64,000 nt of DNA from Cyanidioschyzon merolae (lineage: Eukaryota): NCBI GenBank assembly GCA_000091205.1, contig AP006501.2. One strand, given 5' to 3'. Numbering within the stretch: position 1 is the stretch's first letter; each line of letters begins with the position of its first letter. Of this stretch, positions 63,943-64,000 are shown piece by piece. Position numbers and translations under genes: made by a program. Below the pieces are notes generated by a model. It had not been told where the DNA came from. It searched no databases and was given only the letters and a program-made list of their open reading frames with translations.

Positions 63943-64000
63943 GATGCTCCGAACATGGACGTGGCGAGCGCTTTTCCTGTCTTCTAAGATGCGAATATCT

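Noticed and set aside
1-64000. Prokaryotic defence island, CRISPR array or operon organisation
   Set aside because: There are no short direct repeats with unique spacers and no co-directional tightly packed operons. The genes are eukaryotic (DDX1 with SPRY, XPG, ALG14, WDR26-like, ARID/PHD) with transit-peptide-like extensions and ~1 kb spacers. The TnpB-like sequences are therefore interpreted as eukaryotic Fanzor-type relics, not bacterial IS605.

Overview
This window reads as compact, gene-dense eukaryotic nuclear DNA. Most conserved genes are single uninterrupted ORFs of 0.6–3.3 kb on both strands, separated by 0.3–2 kb spacers, and the sequence looks moderately GC-rich by eye. I saw no operon structure, rRNA, CRISPR array or convincing tRNA. 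Protein motifs support the following genes: ALG14, a secernin-like peptidase (C69 family), a COQ5/UbiE-type methyltransferase, a monoglyceride-lipase-like alpha/beta hydrolase, a quinone oxidoreductase, TspO, a KEA/Kef-type potassium antiporter, an atypical protein-kinase-like gene split across two frames, XPG/RAD2 nuclease, an ARID+PHD chromatin protein, a LisH-CTLH-WD40 (WDR26-like) protein, an organelle-type DNA gyrase A, HisA, a fusion protein with a C-terminal MAPR/cytochrome-b5-like domain, and DDX1. The main finding is that nearly every intergenic spacer carries a decayed copy of one repeat family. Its ORF fragments show the hallmarks of TnpB/Fanzor (OMEGA-type RuvC) proteins, the presumed ancestors of Cas12. 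The N-terminus is 'AF(E/K)VRxF/LYP'-like. The C-terminus has a zinc ribbon (TSQxCxxCG … CxxC) followed by a RuvC-III motif (D-R-D/N-x-N-A-A-x-N-I/V-L-R-L). At least 11–12 copies are recognisable; none has an intact ORF, and I think additional weaker remnants probably exist. Some copies are ~0.5 kb internally deleted derivatives that keep only the two termini. Others are arranged head-to-head or in tandem. Two ~1.2 kb direct copies flank the HisA gene. One copy at 36.2–39.1 kb is more complete, apparently AT-richer than its surroundings, and broken by frameshifts. Simple repeats occur as well, including coding and non-coding trinucleotide runs.
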